DNA of 26,660 nucleotides from a virus (Duplodnaviria > Caudoviricetes): IMG/VR virus record IMGVR_UViG_3300032281_000213, positions 1 to 26,660 of that record. One strand, given 5' to 3'. Below the pieces are notes generated by a model. That model made no database searches. It saw only the letters and a list, made by a program, of their open reading frames with translations, and was not told where the DNA came from. A program made the translations under genes and the position numbers. Shown here one piece after another: positions 24,503-26,660 of the stretch; position 1 is the stretch's first letter, and each line of letters begins with the position of its first letter.

Positions 24503-24941
24503 CACACTACATGGTAACTGCACAGGGGATGCCAACCCTGATGCATGGTTCCCTGAACTAACGCGGGGCAACCCGTCCGATACTAAAATGCTGGCATTAG
24601 CCACAGAGGTACGGCGTGCTATCGGTGAGTGCTACACATGCCCTAATCAGGCTGGATGCCTTGAAGAAGGGATGCAACCTAAAAACTTGTCATATGGTAT
24701 TTGGGGTGGTAGACTTGCAGGTGAAAGAATGCTCATGGCGGATGAACAGGGCATTGATTATATGGTTGAGGGTCGAGCAACAGGTACAGTGCATATGCGA
24801 AGCAATTCGGAACGCACTGGCAAGGGCAGGCATAAGGGTATGGTAGTAATCAAGGAAGATGAGAGAGTAACTGCCGAAGCAAAAAAGAAAGCACTTATAT
24901 TCCTAAGAAGGATACGACCTTGGATTGAGGTACCAGAATGA
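24495..24941 (+). CDS. whiB: WhiB-family transcriptional regulator
   Basis: C...DAWFPE...CYTCP.....C four-Cys pattern plus YGIWGG....ER, followed by a C-terminal extension. Confidence 0.85.
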   Translation: MISTLHGNCTGDANPDAWFPELTRGNPSDTKMLALATEVRRAIGECYTCPNQAGCLEEGMQPKNLSYGIWGGRLAGERMLMADEQGIDYMVEGRATGTVHMRSNSERTGKGRHKGMVVIKEDERVTAEAKKKALIFLRRIRPWIEVPE

Positions 24942-25327
24942 CCAAGAAACTTGCAGTACTGTTTATCTTTGGGCTTATCGTTTATCTTATTGGGAACAGG
25001 AATGAGCCTTCGGTAGAGGAGATACCCCAAAGGGAATGGGCAGTAGAAGATAGCAAGGCTTATGCTCAGGATGTAGTTCTAGCGTGGGCTGGTAATCAGT
25101 ACGAGTGCTTAGATAAACTCTGGACGCAGGAATCCAACTGGCGGTCAGAGGCATACAACAAGATAAAAGTAATGGGTAAGAACGCTGGCGGTATACCGCA
25201 GATACTAGGGCTAGACCCTAAGACTCCTGCACCATTACAGATTGACAGAGGCTTCGCCTATATCATGCACAGATACGGCACGCCTTGCATGGCATGGAAG
25301 TTCCACGAACGGAAAGGCTGGTACTAA
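24938..25327 (+). CDS. Lysozyme-fold lytic transglycosylase-like protein with N-terminal membrane anchor
   Basis: Hydrophobic N-terminus. The pattern CLDKLWTQESNW...AGGIPQ...QIDRGFAYIMHRYGTPCMAW...GWY is typical of actinobacterial SLT-like domains. Confidence 0.8.
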   Translation: MTKKLAVLFIFGLIVYLIGNRNEPSVEEIPQREWAVEDSKAYAQDVVLAWAGNQYECLDKLWTQESNWRSEAYNKIKVMGKNAGGIPQILGLDPKTPAPLQIDRGFAYIMHRYGTPCMAWKFHERKGWY

Positions 25328-25506
25328 TGCCAACGTATGATTTCAAATGTAACACTTGTGGTGCAACCAGAGAGGTATTCATCTACCACAAGGATTACGA
25401 GAAGTATATTGTAAGATGTGAAGTAGATTACAAACCTATGGAACGCATCTTCTCAGCACCAGCAATTAAGTTCAATGGCTCTGGTTTCTATTCTACAGGA
25501 GGGTAA
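25327..25506 (+). CDS. FmdB-like zinc-ribbon protein
   Basis: TAATG-coupled start MPTYDFKCNTCG...C...MERIFSAPAIKFNGSGFYST. Confidence 0.8.
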   Translation: MPTYDFKCNTCGATREVFIYHKDYEKYIVRCEVDYKPMERIFSAPAIKFNGSGFYSTGG

Positions 25507-25620
25507 ATGACTGATGAGGAAATGCAGAAACTACAAGAACAAATTATCGAAGGTATCGAAGAATACTTTGATACTTATGACTGGGACAAGGCGTTCAAAA
25601 AATACCTGGAGGATAAATGA
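25507..25620 (+). CDS. Small acidic hypothetical protein (37 aa)
   Basis: RBS AGGAGG. Reads MTDEEMQKLQEQIIEGIEEYFDTYDWDKAFKKYLEDK*, with an ATGA overlap to the next gene. Confidence 0.65.
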   Translation: MTDEEMQKLQEQIIEGIEEYFDTYDWDKAFKKYLEDK

Positions 25621-26042
25621 AAGATAGTAATTGGGACCTAGACTTTAGGGCTGGTCTAACAGGAGAGAGTAAGATAGCAGACTTGCTACACATTGACACA
25701 GTAGAAGTCAAAACAGATAGACGTTGGAAAGATACAGGCAATCTATATATTGAGACAGAGTGTTGGTATGTAGGTAGCGAGAGTTGGGAGCAGTCTGGTC
25801 TACGAGTTAGCAAGGCAACTCATTGGGCATTCGTGCTAGAAGATTCAGTACTCATCGTACCGATACACCGACTCAAAGAAGCAGTATGGGAGATAGGTAA
25901 ACCTATTACATGCAATATCCCCCCAAATCCATCGAGGGGATATCTAATTGCAACTGGTGCTTTACTGGAACATATACGTCTTGCTAGGGCTAGAGAGATT
26001 GCCGAGTTCGAAGAACACGAACGATGGGAGATTTATGGATAA
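25617..26042 (+). CDS. PD-(D/E)XK nuclease-like protein
   Basis: GE...VEVKTD...TGNLYIE...SGL..SKATHW pattern, with RBS GGAGG. Confidence 0.6.
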   Translation: MKDSNWDLDFRAGLTGESKIADLLHIDTVEVKTDRRWKDTGNLYIETECWYVGSESWEQSGLRVSKATHWAFVLEDSVLIVPIHRLKEAVWEIGKPITCNIPPNPSRGYLIATGALLEHIRLARAREIAEFEEHERWEIYG

Positions 26043-26046
26043 CGAG

Positions 26047-26660
26047 TTACTTAGTGGTATCTTCTTTATCCTTATCGCTGTCTTCATCGTGACTATCGTC
26101 TTTCCGAACATCGTTCGACTCATCCTTATCTAGGAACGGACGGAATCCGCCGAGCCTAGTGATGAGCCTTTTAATGGCACGATTGTGGCGCATACGCGCT
26201 GCATCATCACTAGGTAAGGCGAGTTCTTCTGCAATCGCAGCATTACTTAATGAGTTTGCATACTTGTGATAGAGAATATGTCTATCCTCTGTAGATAGTT
26301 TCAGATATGCAGCCCTAATCTCAGCCATCATAGCCATCATATTGCCACCCTCTGCTGGTGCAGAAGGCTTACCAGGCATACCTAAGTTAAGTACTGGTGC
26401 TTCTGTTACATCGCCACGCAATACTGCTGGCAAGATAGCCTCAACAACTGCTGGCTCGTAGTAGAATAAATCTGATGGCTCATAGCCCAATGACTTTGCT
26501 TTCCAGTATAGACAATAGTCTAATGCTTGATTGCGTAATGAACGATAGAGTAGGTTCTGCGTAGACTTCTTAGAAAAGCCTTCCCATTCAGTTAACTTCT
26601 TAGGGTGCGACACAAACCATTCATAGAGCGACTGCTTAATATCTTCGCGGTCGACCATTG
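26047..26660 (-). CDS. Sigma-70-like factor (region 2/4-like), probably N-terminally truncated by the window edge
   Basis: REDIKQSL...LRNQALDY (region 2-like) and LSTEDRHILYHKY...SNAAIAEEL...ARMRHNRAIKRL (region 4 HTH-like). Confidence 0.7.
   Translation of the reverse strand, partial: MVDREDIKQSLYEWFVSHPKKLTEWEGFSKKSTQNLLYRSLRNQALDYCLYWKAKSLGYEPSDLFYYEPAVVEAILPAVLRGDVTEAPVLNLGMPGKPSAPAEGGNMMAMMAEIRAAYLKLSTEDRHILYHKYANSLSNAAIAEELALPSDDAARMRHNRAIKRLITRLGGFRPFLDKDESNDVRKDDSHDEDSDKDKEDTTK

Noticed and set aside
24073-25620. A phage Pup homologue among the small acidic ORFs
   Set aside because: None ends in GGQ or GGE. The STGG end of the FmdB-like protein follows the normal GSGFY motif of that family.
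1-26660. Stop-codon reassignment or programmed frameshift
   Set aside because: Genes tile densely under the standard code with TAA, TAG and TGA all used as stops, and no split gene needs a frameshift.

Overview
About 26.7 kb of a tailed dsDNA phage genome, most likely a podovirus-like phage of low-GC Actinobacteria. The host inference rests on a WhiB-family gene, an actinobacterial-type transglycosylase and moderate GC. The left ~19.3 kb is a minus-strand morphogenesis operon: terminase, portal, an HslV/proteasome-beta-like Ntn hydrolase, three probable internal virion proteins, scaffold, major capsid, a run of small very basic proteins, an adaptor/tail-tubular-like protein and a truncated tail fibre. 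A ~700 bp palindrome-rich divergent intergenic region follows. The plus-strand early region holds many small ORFs, a Zn-ribbon COOH-NH2 (amido)ligase plus class II glutamine amidotransferase pair, WhiB, a transglycosylase, an FmdB-like Zn ribbon and a PD-(D/E)XK-like protein. A convergent, truncated sigma-factor-like gene ends the window. The most unusual signals are: eight copies of a 16-bp dyad (GTTCGG-N4-CCGAAC) confined to the early region, mostly 15-20 nt before start codons and flipping orientation midway; a promoter-driven ~110-nt structured RNA with an anticodon-less tRNA-like domain; a pseudoknot-like leader before scaffold/capsid; and an apparent absence of GATC. All protein calls come from motif recognition by eye, with no database search.
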